A DNA stretch of 64,000 nucleotides, taken from Nemertoderma westbladi. Its lineage: Eukaryota; Animalia; Xenacoelomorpha. The first letter of the stretch is position 1. Each line of letters starts with the position of its first letter. The DNA is taken from assembly GCA_032718475.1 (NCBI GenBank), contig JAUCBJ010001621.1:1-64000 (forward strand), in the 5' to 3' direction. This document shows positions 51,316 through 63,200 of this stretch, piece after piece. The notes below the pieces were generated by a model, which saw nothing but the letters and a program-made list of their open reading frames with translations, was not told the DNA's origin and ran no database searches. The position numbers and the translations under genes are program-made.

Positions 51316-52140
51316 ATTGCAATATTACCGGTAATTTGGACAGTACATTTTCTCTGGGGTACCGCACCCGCACCTCACACCTCAATCAGTCAATTTATAG
51401 CATAGCTGCATAGTGTTGGCGCGGCGCACCTTCCACATTCAATGCTTCAAATATTACCTGGCTGCATGGCGCGGCGCGATCTTCATAGGCTAATGCAGTA
51501 ATGTCTGGAGCACTATCCAACGCACTTTTTGCTGTTTTGTAAGGCAAAGGCAGTGAGGAGTCCACTACGCACTAGGGTTTGTACGTACCGGTCTGCCGGT
51601 ACCGGTAGGCCCTACCTGCCTACTGTACTGTTCTGTTGTGGGCCTATACCATACAGCCATATACAGCTATAGCTGTACATATTACTGTATTACAGTATTA
51701 CTCACCTTGCACCTTGCCTGCCTTGCTGCCTTGTGCTGTTGCAGTGTTGTGGCTTCTGGCCTTGTATATTTGCAGATTTGTCCTTAAATCAGTCGGTCAG
51801 TACATAAGCAGGTAGGAGTACAGGCAGACAGGAGTAGGCAGGTAGGGCTACTGCAGTAAATCCAGCAAAAAATAGGCGCTCAATACCGATACTCTGGTAC
51901 TATCAGACTATAACATATAATCATGTACAGATGTTACAGTAATGCGGGCTACTCAGCTGTACAGTGACAGTCAGAGTATCTCAGTACAGCACTTAGTACA
52001 GCAGTAGGCCTAATGCTGTAATGCTATTTGGCTGTTAGTTTCTGTACTGAACTCGGAACTGATACTGTGATAGGTAGATCAGTACTGCAGTAGATTCTAG
52101 ATTGCAGGATTGGTTTGGTCGCGATTGTTGATTGACGGTG

Positions 52141-53102
52141 CCGGTGTCACAAGGAAATCAGCCCCCCCTAGAATATGCCCCCCCTGCCCCCGGGGCATTA
52201 TTTCCTAGGATATTATGTCCCCCCGGGCAATTTTTCCTAGGAAATTTAGCCCGGGGGGGCATTTTCTCCTTAGGAAATAATGCCTCCCCTCAGGAAAATT
52301 AGCCCCCCTCAAAAGTCTGAAAACTGGTACGATACCGGTCTGCTGGTAGCCATTTTTAATTTTAATCTACCAATTGCAGAACTTGTAATACAGTAATAGT
52401 TGGACTGTTGGAAGAATAGTACGGTACCGGTCTGCCGGTAGGTAAGCAGGTAAGGCAGTAAGGGATGTAGAACAGCATACTGAAGTATCTAAGTCAGTAG
52501 GCTACTGTAGTCTGGTAGTAAGTACTGGTATAACAGCAGTGCGAGTGTGTGGTGTTGTGTGGGCGCCGAGCAGCTCCAAGCTTTTTTAAGTCTGTAACCT
52601 GCTCCTTTCCCTGATTTGGTAAAGTGATTGTTTATTGTTTTGGATAGAAAATCCCGCCTCTGTAACCTGCTCCTTTCTCTCAATTGGTAATGTTATCGTT
52701 TATTGCAGTATTGTTTTGGTTAGAAAATCCCGTCTCTGTAACCTGCTCCTTTCCCTGATTTGCTAAAGTGACTGTTTATTGTTTTGGTTAGAAAATCCCG
52801 CCTATGTAACCTGCTCCTTTCCCTCAATTAGTTAAATGATCGTTTATTGTTTTGGTTAGAAAGGCCTGCCTCTGTAACCTGCTCCTTTCCTTCATTTGGT
52901 AAAGTGACTGTTTATTGTTTTGTATAATTTTTGTAAGTTTTAGTAGTAATAAGTTTTGTTTATTGTATAATTCAGGGGGGGGCATAATTTCCTAAGGGGG
53001 GCATTTTTTCCTAGGGAAATTTGCCCGGGGGGGCATTTTTTCCTAGGAAAATATGCCCCCCGGACACATTTCCCGGGGGGGCATATTTTCCTGTTACATC
53101 GG
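52141..53102. mobile_element. MITE with long imperfect TIRs
   Basis: ccggtgtcacaaggaaa...ttttcctgttacatcgg; subterminal ggggcat/ttcctagg repeats; internal tgtaacctgctccttt repeats. Confidence 0.75.
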
Positions 53103-53813
53103 TACTGCTGTACTGACTGTCTGGCTGTCTGGTGTACTGCACCATGTACTATCGCTTGGTCCATACCATTTATTTCGGGATGATCGTGATTTGTTTGGGG
53201 GTGGGGTTGCTCTATATATTCGAATTTCGTCAATGTATTCAGTTTCCAGGGTACAACAAGTTGACCTTGGTAATGTCATTTTCTCCGATTATGTTTGTGC
53301 TGAAATTAATTTTCATAATGGCCGAAAGTTTGTAGTTACATTTATATACCGCTCTACCTCATCTACGGACATAAATAATGCTAGTTTACATTTTCTTATT
53401 GATGCAATAAGTAGTTATACCAGCAATAATGAATTATTTTTACTGGGTGATTTCAATTTTCCTTATATAGATTGGGAGCAACTTGTTCTCAAACCACTTG
53501 CGAGACCCTTTGAGAGTGCATTTTTAAATTTTTTTTTAGATCGACATTTTACACAGCATGTCTATGAATTTACTAGGTTTTCGAATAATGGTTCAGATTC
53601 TACACTTGATTTATTTATATCTAAATCACACGATGCAGTTTCAGATGTCCGTGTATTTAGTCCCTGCCATTGGTAAATCAGATCATGGTATTACATTTTG
53701 TAAACTTAATATAATGTGTATATCTGAACCCTTGATAACTCACCTTAGGTATGATACTGCTGATTACAATAGTTGGCGTGATTCATTGCGAGATATTGAC
53801 TGGTCTGATAGGT

Positions 53814-55156
53814 AAGATAAGATAAGATAAGATAATTCTTTTATTCACAAATACTTCTAAGCCTTATCAGGGCTACGAAGGCAGTATACGCAATACATAG
53901 TACACGATACTGATAATTTAGGTGAATAAGCGTCTATAATCAAACAGCTGTCTTAGACAGACTGACTTACCTACGGTAGACCGCCTCGCCCTACATAAAG
54001 TATTAAAGGATTTTAATATACAGTAGATATTGCACAGAAAACATATTAATTTACCCATGCCTACTGTATGCTATACACAACACATACAGCGCATATACAT
54101 ACAGACAGCACATACACACACACATACATACAGTATTCTAATATACACACATATACAATAAAGGTACTACACAGAGCCGGGCTGCTATATATATTATTGA
54201 AATCACAAAAAGGTATAACAAATAAAATTCAATTAACAAAAAGAATTAAAGATCTATGTAATTTCCTCCCGTTATACCTAGTTAATAAGTGTTTGTGTAG
54301 TTTAAATTTGTATGTTTGGAATTTTTTTATTTTGCGTATTGAAATAGGCAGGGCATTCCATTGTTTTATTAGGTATGTACTAATATTGTAGTGGCCCTGT
54401 GTACTTGTTGTGCGTGGAAGTTTCAGATTGTATGTTCTAGAATTTAATTGCGTATTGTTACGTTTTAAATACGGTAGCTCTAGGAGTTTGAATGGTTTGC
54501 TTAAGTTATATATGTATCTAAATAAGAAAATTAGGCCGAAGAAGCTCCTATATTGAGAAAGTGTAGGTATTTTTGCCCTTTCTCGAAGTTCTGTCCCAGT
54601 AGAATCCCTTATTTTTTTTCCAAAAATTGTTCTCAAAGCCATATTTTGTATTTTTTCGTATTTGTATAATAACTTTTTGTAACCATGTCGATTGTGGAGT
54701 GAGGTTAATAACATACAGCAGTAGTGGTGATGTGGCAAGACAAGCGATTTATATATATTGATTTTAGTTGAATTGGGTAGTTGGCCTTTTATTTTTCGAA
54801 TACAAGACAGTGCAATTGCCATTTTTTGAAGAGATTTTTCGATTTGTTCTTTCCAATTAAGGTATTTATTTATTAATACACCCAGATATTTTACTGTAGT
54901 GCTTTGTTCTATGGGAGGTGCATTGTCAATATTTAGTTTAATGTTATTAGTCTGTTCGTTGGGTTTTCGAGGTGATAGTAGTAAGTATTCTGTTTTTTCT
55001 GGGTTTAATTTCATCCTATTAGTGTTATAAATTGTCGACATTTTATTGATATTTACACTTAATAAATGGGTTGCTACATGTGGATCCTTAGCCGTCGTAT
55101 ATATTACAGTATCGTCAGCATATAAAATAATATTAGCAGAGTGTGATAGGTAGTTG
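53814..55156 (-). mobile_element. 5'-truncated L2-like LINE inserted antisense
   Basis: LYADDT, LNPEKTE, KYLGV, WNALP; (TTATC)n tail; GATAGGT at both ends (53807-13, 55157-63). Confidence 0.88.
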
Positions 55157-55236
55157 GATAGGTTTACCGATTTATCTGCTGATGAGGCATGGATTATATT
55201 AAAATCTGAACTCTTAACTGGCCAAGATGTGTATGT

Positions 55237-57275
55237 GGGGCGAGCCACGAAGTTGGCGGAGCCTTAGCGAATTGACACTGTTAGGTGGGGCGAGCCACGA
55301 AGTTGGCGGAGCCTTAGCGAATTGACACTGTTAGGGGGTGGGTCAATTTATGCAAATAGTTGTCGTCGTCGTCGTTGTCGTCGTCGTCGTCGTCGTCGTC
55401 GTCGTTACGATTTTGACATGCTAATAACTTTGTCGGATTTAAAGCTGCCAAGTTGAAAATTTGTAGGCAAAAGTTGAGATTTTTGAGAGACTTTCAGACA
55501 CCATCAGTGCAATGGTCTCCCGCTAGAGGGCCACATGTCTAAACATTAAATGCCCTCCCATTTCTTTGCTTTTAATCCGTTTAAGCTGAAACTTGGCAGA
55601 TATGTATTAGACCATTAGCTGTGACTTTCAAAGGAGGCGAATCCATCTGCAGTTCTCCAGTCTGCCGCTAGAGGGCCAAAGGTCTGAAAGTGAAATCGTT
55701 GTCGTCGTTACGATTTTGACATGCTAATAACTTTGTCGGATTTAAAGCTGCCAAGTTGAAAATTTGTAGGTATCAATATGAGCTAAAGTTGAGACGTTTG
55801 AGAGACTTTCAGACACCATCAGAGCAATAGTCTCCTGCTAGAGGGTCACATGTCTAAACGTTAAATGTCCTCCCATTTCTTTGCTTTTAATCCATTTATG
55901 CTGAAATTTGGCAGATATGTACTAGACCATTAGCTGTGACTTTGAAAGAAGGAATTGAATTGAATTGAATTGAAGGCTAATCCGTGTGCAGTTCTTCAGT
56001 CTGCCGCTAGAGGGCGAAATGTTTGAAAGTGAAATCTTTCTCCCATCTCGTTATTTATGATCCGTTCAAGCTGAAACGTAGCAGATATGTAGTAGAAGTC
56101 GGCCTGAGTCTTTGGTGGGCAGTAAACGGTCTGGAGTCCTCCAGTCTGCCGCTAGAGGGCGAAATGTATAACTGTCCCCAATTCCTTGATATTAATTTAT
56201 TTAAAGTGAATATTGGCATATGTACTAGAGCACATGCTGCGTCTTTCTGAGGAAGGTGGTCGATCTGCATTTCTCCAGTCTGCCGCTAGAGGTAAGCGGA
56301 AATTCAAGACGCTGGTCACACTACTAAACGCATTATTTCAACATTCTCAAATATACGCTCCATAAATATTTCACGTTACTATTTTATTGATAATCAAGAT
56401 ATAAACCAAGCGGAATTGGGGTGTAAACGTTAAGCAGACACCTGGTGCAGACACCTGGTGCAGACACCTGGTGCAGACACCTGGTGCAGACAACTGGTGC
56501 AGACACCTGGTGCAGACACCTGGTGCAGACACCTGGTGCAGACACCTGGTGGGTGCAGACACCTGGTGGGTGCAGACACCTGGTGGGTGCAGACACCTGG
56601 TGGGTGCAGACACCTGGTGGGTGCAGACACCTGGTGGGAGCAGACACCTGGTGGGTGCAGACACCTGGTGGGTGCAGACACCTGGTGGGTGCAGACACCT
56701 GGTGGGTGCAGACACCTGGTGGGTGCAGACACCTGGTGGGTGCAGACACCTGGTGGGTGCAGACACCTGGTGGGTGCAGACACCTGGTGCAGACACCTGG
56801 TGCAGACACCTGGTGCAGACAGTTAGGCAGACCGGTACTGAAATGAATTACACAATAGCCTACATTCGCAGAAAAGCCTTTCTAGAATTATCACTTATGA
56901 CTACTTATTTGCGTGCATTTTTCACTGGGATTGGCTGCGTGCGTGTCTAGCGTCGTCTGTTTGATTACGTTGAACCTATACGACGAAATTTCTGAAAGTG
57001 AGATCCGTCTCTCATTTCGTTATCCGTTATTCAAGATGAAACTTGGCCGATGTACGTATGTACTATTCATCCATAGGCTGTGTCTTTGTGGGGCTGGAGA
57101 CCCTAATCCATCTTCAGTTCTCACTATACCGCTAGAGTCAGAAATGTCTGAATAGAAATGAAAGAGGTAAAAAGTGATTAGGCGAAATCTGCTTAAAATT
57201 TGCTAATACAGTAATACTTTCGAATTAGTACTTAAATTAAATTTAAGTCACGTGCTGCGCGAAGGCCCCACTTCG
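55237..57275 (+). mobile_element. Non-autonomous Helentron/HINE-like element
   Basis: Interrupts the LINE codons TAT GTC; asymmetric ends GGGGC../..GCCCCACTTCG; duplicated 5' end; (GTC)n; ~145-bp internal repeats. Confidence 0.65.
56434..56821. repeat. 13/17-bp minisatellite
   Basis: gcagacacctggt and gcagacacctggtgggt units. Confidence 0.95.
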
Positions 57276-57276
57276 T

Positions 57277-59328
57277 GTCCCCATTGTAAATGCTCGTTCA
57301 TCTTTTAGGGAAAGCTGGATGTCACAGACTGCAATTTCTGCTGTTCAGAGGAAGCAAGTGCTTTTTCAACGTTGGAGGACATATCCTACTGAGCGCAACC
57401 GTAATAGATATGTCAGTGCCAGACAGACGGCTGGTAGGGCATGTAGAGTGTCGAAATCAAATCACGAAAAACGTATTGCTGAACTTTGTAGTTCCAATCC
57501 TAAGGCTTTCTGGTCTTACGTTAATTCTAATAGAAAATGTTGCAACCCAATTGGCCCATTACGTACAGGGATTCAGACTGTTACCACGGAGTCTGAAATG
57601 TCGGAAGTTCTAAGTGACACATTTTCTGCTGCGTTTATTTCTGACGACGGCATCAGTGACCCATTACCTGACCCCCCAACCTTTGAGCGTGATATTCCCC
57701 TTCTTGAGAATGTTGACGTTTCTATTGAAAATGTGATGAAGTTGTTATCTGATTTGAATCCTACCAAGTCTGCTGGCCCCGACAAACTACATAGTCGAAT
57801 ACTGAAAGAGTTAACCGAGGTCATTGCAGTCCCATGTCAGTTTATATTCCAGTTGTCTTTTGATTCTGGTGTTGTTCCAGACGAATGGCGTACTGCAATT
57901 ATCAGTCCCTTGTTAAAGAAACCTCCTAAACATAACCCGGATAACTATCGTCCCATATCCCTTACTTGTATCTTGGCTAAGGTCTGTGAGAAGTTTATTC
58001 GTGATGCACTTATTTGTCATTTTGAAGGAAATAATATTTTCACTGATGCCCAGCACGGTGCTCGTGCTCACCGTTCTACAGTTACACAGTTACTAGAAGT
58101 AGTGGAAGACTTCTGCAACTTTGTAGATGAACTGCATTCTCTTGGAGCTGATGTTGTGTATCTCGATCTAAGACGAGCCTTTGACACTGTCTCACACACC
58201 CTGCTACTGCATAAATTAGAGAGTTATGGTGTAAAGGGCAACGTTTTAGTTTGGATAGGTAACTTTCTTACTGGGCGTACCCAAACTGTTAGGGTTAATG
58301 GAGTATTAAGTGGGACTCGAATGGTGACCAGTGGCGTTCCTCAAGGGACTGTTACTGCGCCAATATTATTCTTGATCTTCGTTAATGATGTTCCTGATAT
58401 GATCACATCTTGTTGTAAGATATTTGTAGATGATACGAAAATATACAGACAAATTTCTAGTACAGACGACACCAACTTCTTGCAAGCAGACTTAAACCGG
58501 CTTGATGAATGGGCAAACAAATGGCACTTACAGTTTAATTTTTCAAAGTATAAAATACTTCACCTTGGTCGTAGAAATCCATCAACGCCATACTACATGT
58601 CTAACACAGTTCTGGATGCAGTATGCGAAGAGAAAGACCTTGGTGTTACTTTTAGTTCCAATATGTCATTCTCCGCTCATTGTTCTAATATTGCTGCTCG
58701 TGCGACACGTATTCTTAACTTAGTAAAACACACATTCACGTTTATGGAACCGATAATGTTTACCAAGTTATATAAGTCTATAATTCGTCCGCTACTCGAA
58801 TATGGTACAGTTGTATGGTCACCGTATCTTCAAAAGGATATCGAGCACATAGAACAAGTGCAACACCGCGCAACCCGTATGGTACCTTCACTACAGCATC
58901 TGTCATATGAGGAGCGTCTTCGTTCACTTAAAATACCGACACTGATTTACAGACGAGCTAGATCGGATATGATATCAACATACAAGTTTGTTCACAAACT
59001 TGATAACGTAGACTATAGTAACTTTTTTGAACTCAGAAGCCAGCGTCACTCATATTCGACAAGAGGTTCATCACTGACATTGTACAAACGAAACACCGCG
59101 GGTCAACATCTGTTCCACACTAACAGTTTTGCGTCTCGTGTGATAAACTTATGGAATATGTTGGATGAGAATGTTGTTAATGCTCGAGATTTTCATGGTA
59201 ATCCTAGTGTAAACTTATTTAAAAATCGTCTTGATTGTGCCATGAAGTCCAAAATGAATATTTATAGTGATATACCAGTTAGACAAGTTGCCACTGCCCA
59301 GTTTACATTCCATCGGTACTTATATTAA
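57277..59328 (+). CDS. LINE ORF2 reverse transcriptase portion
   Basis: KSAGPD, NYRPISLT, YLDLRRAFDTV, SGVPQG, FVDDTK, KDLGV, RPLLEYG..VWSP. Confidence 0.92.
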   Translation, partial: VPIVNARSSFRESWMSQTAISAVQRKQVLFQRWRTYPTERNRNRYVSARQTAGRACRVSKSNHEKRIAELCSSNPKAFWSYVNSNRKCCNPIGPLRTGIQTVTTESEMSEVLSDTFSAAFISDDGISDPLPDPPTFERDIPLLENVDVSIENVMKLLSDLNPTKSAGPDKLHSRILKELTEVIAVPCQFIFQLSFDSGVVPDEWRTAIISPLLKKPPKHNPDNYRPISLTCILAKVCEKFIRDALICHFEGNNIFTDAQHGARAHRSTVTQLLEVVEDFCNFVDELHSLGADVVYLDLRRAFDTVSHTLLLHKLESYGVKGNVLVWIGNFLTGRTQTVRVNGVLSGTRMVTSGVPQGTVTAPILFLIFVNDVPDMITSCCKIFVDDTKIYRQISSTDDTNFLQADLNRLDEWANKWHLQFNFSKYKILHLGRRNPSTPYYMSNTVLDAVCEEKDLGVTFSSNMSFSAHCSNIAARATRILNLVKHTFTFMEPIMFTKLYKSIIRPLLEYGTVVWSPYLQKDIEHIEQVQHRATRMVPSLQHLSYEERLRSLKIPTLIYRRARSDMISTYKFVHKLDNVDYSNFFELRSQRHSYSTRGSSLTLYKRNTAGQHLFHTNSFASRVINLWNMLDENVVNARDFHGNPSVNLFKNRLDCAMKSKMNIYSDIPVRQVATAQFTFHRYLY

Positions 59329-60584
59329 ATTAAATTTTTCTTTTGTATCATTGTAATTACAATTTTTACTTAATTAAATATCAGGTTCTTTGTTTTTAAT
59401 ATTTTCATATGAAGTGCACAGTATTTTTTATTATTTTTATTATTTTTTATTTGTTTTTTTATATTATTGCATACATCGAAGTTTTTACTGTATCGTTCTT
59501 AATAGAAAATTTTTAATCATAACGTGCCAACTAAATTTTTTTTTAATGTTTATTTTTTATTGCAATATGTAAAACTATCAACATTGTGGTTTTTACTTAC
59601 AATCTACGTCGTATAATTTTGAACCCCACTATCTGATTATTGTTTATTTATGTTTGTAATATGTTATATGTTTGTACCTATAATGTATGTAACTTACCTG
59701 CAGTACTTCATAAAAGAAATATACGCATATGCGTAGAATCCTTATAGATTTGCCAGTTCATTGTGTCATTATAAGAATTTATGTGCTGTATGTATTAATT
59801 TTAATTTGCATTTGGCGTATTAAACTAAACTAAACTAAATACTGCACGAGTGTTCCTGACAGCCTGAGTCTACTATACTAAATAGTCTACTAAATTAAGA
59901 CAGTAAGAACGCCATGGTGCATGGTGCAAAGAACCTTTTTTTTTATCAGATTTTTTAAAATATGTTTTCCGATGTATAATTTTATGGTGATTCCGAATCT
60001 GAAATCAGTTTTTCGATAAGTTGTTTTGTTCTCGACTTATGGAAGCATTTGTAATTTTCACTCAAAATTTGAAAACTTTTAATTTTGGTGCAGCACCACA
60101 TTTAACACCAAAAAAGACCATCAAACACCCAAAAAATTCGAATTTCTGAATCATTTTCTGAATCATTTATGAACCGCATTTTCTGAATCAGCGCCGAAAA
60201 TTAGCCTATAGGTATCAAAACGCAAAAGAAGATTATTTTTGAAAATTTTAAAAATTGTTCACTTTTGGTGCATGTTTGGTCAGTTTTAATCAGGATTAAA
60301 TTTAAATCTCATTTTTCTCGCCTTGCCCTTTTTGGGACACTTTCGCTATCTACATTTTAACTATTAAACCGATTTTCGTTCTGTTTGCTGAATCATATAG
60401 ATGAGGGATATTCCACGCAAAATTGTGTTGATAGAATTTTGAAATTTTGTTTAGAAAAAGTTATGGCATTTTTTGTGTAAAAAATCGCGAACTTTTGGAT
60501 TTTTTTAACTTTTCGGTATTTTAGATACGAAGATGTCATAACTTTTTTGAAAATTATCGCCTTTTATCCTGAGGTTAGCGAATA

Positions 60585-61361
60585 TAAAAGTTAGGCTGAA
60601 AACACTCCCTCAGTCGTCTAAGAGCCTAGGTTGGGAACACACCCCAGTTATCTCAGCCTAGGCTGAGAACACTCGCCTTACAGTAGGCTGAGATGACTCC
60701 ACTAATTGCGAAAAACCCTACAAATACAGTGTAACTGAGTAATTATGTGTTACAGTAATACAGTAATTGTAATGTACAGTAGTGTGTACAGTAATGTAGT
60801 AATACAGTAATTATATATGTGTATTACATGTGTAGGGCCTACTCTATAAGTTAAATTCCGATGTTGCCTTTCTCACTGTTAAATACAGTAATTATATTAA
60901 GTAGTTAGAAAAGCACGTCTCTGTTACCTGCTCTTTTTCCTCATTTTGTATTGTAATTGTTTATTGTTTTGGTTAGAAAAGCCCGCCCCTGTAACCTGCT
61001 CCTTTCTCGCAATTGGTAATGTTATCGTTTATTATTTTGGTTACTGTTTCCGTCTATGTAACCTGCTCATTTTCCTTAATTTAAGGAATGCATACCTAAA
61101 AAGTCCTTCTGCGGACAACAAAAGTATATGCAAAATTCGTAAAAAATTGTGGAGAAAAAAGTCAACTAAACGGACATAAAAAATCACTGCCAAAAAGTAT
61201 TTAGCTGCCTGCCTGTATATGTATACAGCATGGTAAAACGAACTTAGATCCTATGTTTACAGTAAGTTAGAAACAACTAAACAACTGGGGGAGCCATACT
61301 GTAGGCCATAGCCTCAGCCTAGGCTGAGAAGACTGGGGAGTTATATCAGCCTGTTACACCG
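60585..61361. mobile_element. MITE related to 52141-53102, left end truncated
   Basis: Ends ctgttacaccgg; cagcctaggctgaga subterminal palindromes; same tgtaacctgctccttt internal repeat. Confidence 0.6.
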
Positions 61362-61904
61362 GACCAAATACCAGGAGTACTGTGCCCCTATATACAGTAT
61401 AAGCAATCACTTATTTCCACATCATATATCAACAGTATTGATTTTGTTCTGGGGGAAGTTCCCCCGGGAAAAGGGATACTTTGGGGGCCAAATCCAAGAA
61501 ATAAGGCTTGGAATGTTTTGGGGTTGATATTTAAAATTCCCATAGTGCGGACCAATACCAGTAGTATAATATATACAGTATAAGCAATCACTTATTCGCA
61601 TCATTTTGCAATAATATTATTTTTATTTTTATCTTAATCTTTAATTTATCTTTAATTAAACCGTCCCATTTACACCTGATCTAACAACATGTTAGGTCGG
61701 GTATATACAGTTGTCGTCAAGCTTGCTCATGAACATTTACCGGTATATACTGTCGACGGCCCCTCGCATCAATGAGAAGGGTAGGCCTATATTTTATTGC
61801 CATAGTCCAAGTTACACGACTAATTTTTAATGAATCATCACATTTACACCCGACCTAACAACGCATGTTAGGTCGGGTACAGTACAGCAGACCAGCTGGC
61901 ACAC

Positions 61905-62560
61905 AAGACAATTGCCCCCCGGACAATTGCCCCCCGGTCAATTGCCCCCCGGACAATTGTCCCCCCGGACAATTGCCCCCCGGACAATTGTCCCCCCGGA
62001 CAATTGCCCCCCGGACAATTGCCCCCCGGATAATTGTCCTCCGGACAATTGCCTCCGAAGAATATTTTAAAATATATTAGGTCGTTTCTTACTAGCTATT
62101 TCTTGCCACAGCCTAGCATAATACAACAATAAAAACAAATTTAATATGTCTATCCCCGTTTCATAATTTAATAATCATGTTTGCTTATTTGCACATGAAT
62201 TACGATATTTTATAACTGAAGTATTTCATTACAATAAAAATACAGAAGCCATTTCTAAAATTATGTTATTCTAAAAACTTAGCTAGCACAAAGCGAAACA
62301 ATTTGTTCTATATTAAAATCTTAGATGATCCGGGGGGCAATTATACGGGGGGGGGGGCAATTATCCGGGGGCTAATTGTCCATGGGGCAATTATCCTCGG
62401 GGGTCAATTGTCCTCAGGGGCAAATTCTCCGGGGGGCAATTCTGCGGGGGGCAATTGTCCGGGGGACAATTGTCCAAGGGGCAATTGTCCGGGGGGCAAT
62501 TGTCCGGAAGGCAATTGTCCGGGAGGCAATTGTCCGGGGGGCAATTGCCCGGGGGGCAAT
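61905..62560. mobile_element. Foldback/MITE-like element with inverted arrays of 15-bp repeats
   Basis: (ggacaattgcccccc)n on the left, (ggggggcaattgtcc)n on the right. Confidence 0.8.
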
Positions 62561-62599
62561 TTATTTTATTATGAGCTTTGGAAGTTGGCGTTGCTTGAA

Positions 62600-62630
<31 letters not shown>

Positions 62631-62777
62631 GAACCCCCAACCCCCAACCATGCCACTTCCCACCTGATAATATAAGCGCTATTAGTAAAGTATAAAGGTT
62701 ATTATTTTAATTATAATTGTTTGGGGAGTTCCTATAAAGTGTAGAAATATTAAACGGCAAGATGATAATTGAGTATT

Positions 62778-63010
62778 CCAGAGGTTGTGGGTTCGATCCC
62801 CACATGGGGCCAGGGCAATTTTGGTGCAGTTTTGGCTCGAATTCTTTTCAAAGGACTAGCCCGGGAGCATCTTTGACTTGCACCCTTAAATGGCAGCTAA
62901 ATGAGTACTGGAGTTTCCTCTTGGGAGTATAGTTCTGGGGGGACCGTACTGGAAATAAATTGATAGACTTTGTGCATAACCTAACCTTGACCTAACGGCC
63001 GATGAAAACA
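62778..63010 (+). mobile_element. tRNA-derived SINE (5' truncated)
   Basis: B box GGTTCGATCCC plus the shared body. Confidence 0.7.
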
Positions 63011-63200
63011 TTTAACTTTACTTATCTTCAACAGTAGCTACATTATTGCACAAATAAATCTCTTATATCTTAGGCCTACACATCAGCGATTATAATTGTT
63101 CATCGGTTCTTGTTCACCAACATGATCGCCATAATGTTTTGTACGTTATATCTATAGTACAGTAATTATAATGAACTAAGTTATTTATCCCTATACAATT

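Larger units (their letters stand above)
53110..59839 (+). mobile_element. CR1-like LINE (ORF2 EN + RT, 3'UTR, (TAAAC)n tail) interrupted by two insertions
   Basis: APE motifs GGGVALYI, YRS, LGDFN, LDL, SDH (frameshift ~53660); frame continues at 55164-55236 and 57277 onward; tail 59821-59839. Confidence 0.9.

Noticed and set aside
51690-52140. Possible non-coding exon/promoter of another minus-strand gene (donor-like AAG|GTGAGT near 51705)
   Set aside because: No ORF or partner exon identifiable
55157-55248. N-terminus of the 339-aa minus ORF
   Set aside because: Antisense of the host LINE and adjacent element, fortuitously open
56371-56950. Cys/His-rich ORFs in all six frames
   Set aside because: Translation of the 13/17-bp minisatellite
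61865-62695. NCPPD/GGNCP repeat ORFs (also 21859-22269)
   Set aside because: Translation of 15-bp MITE subterminal repeats
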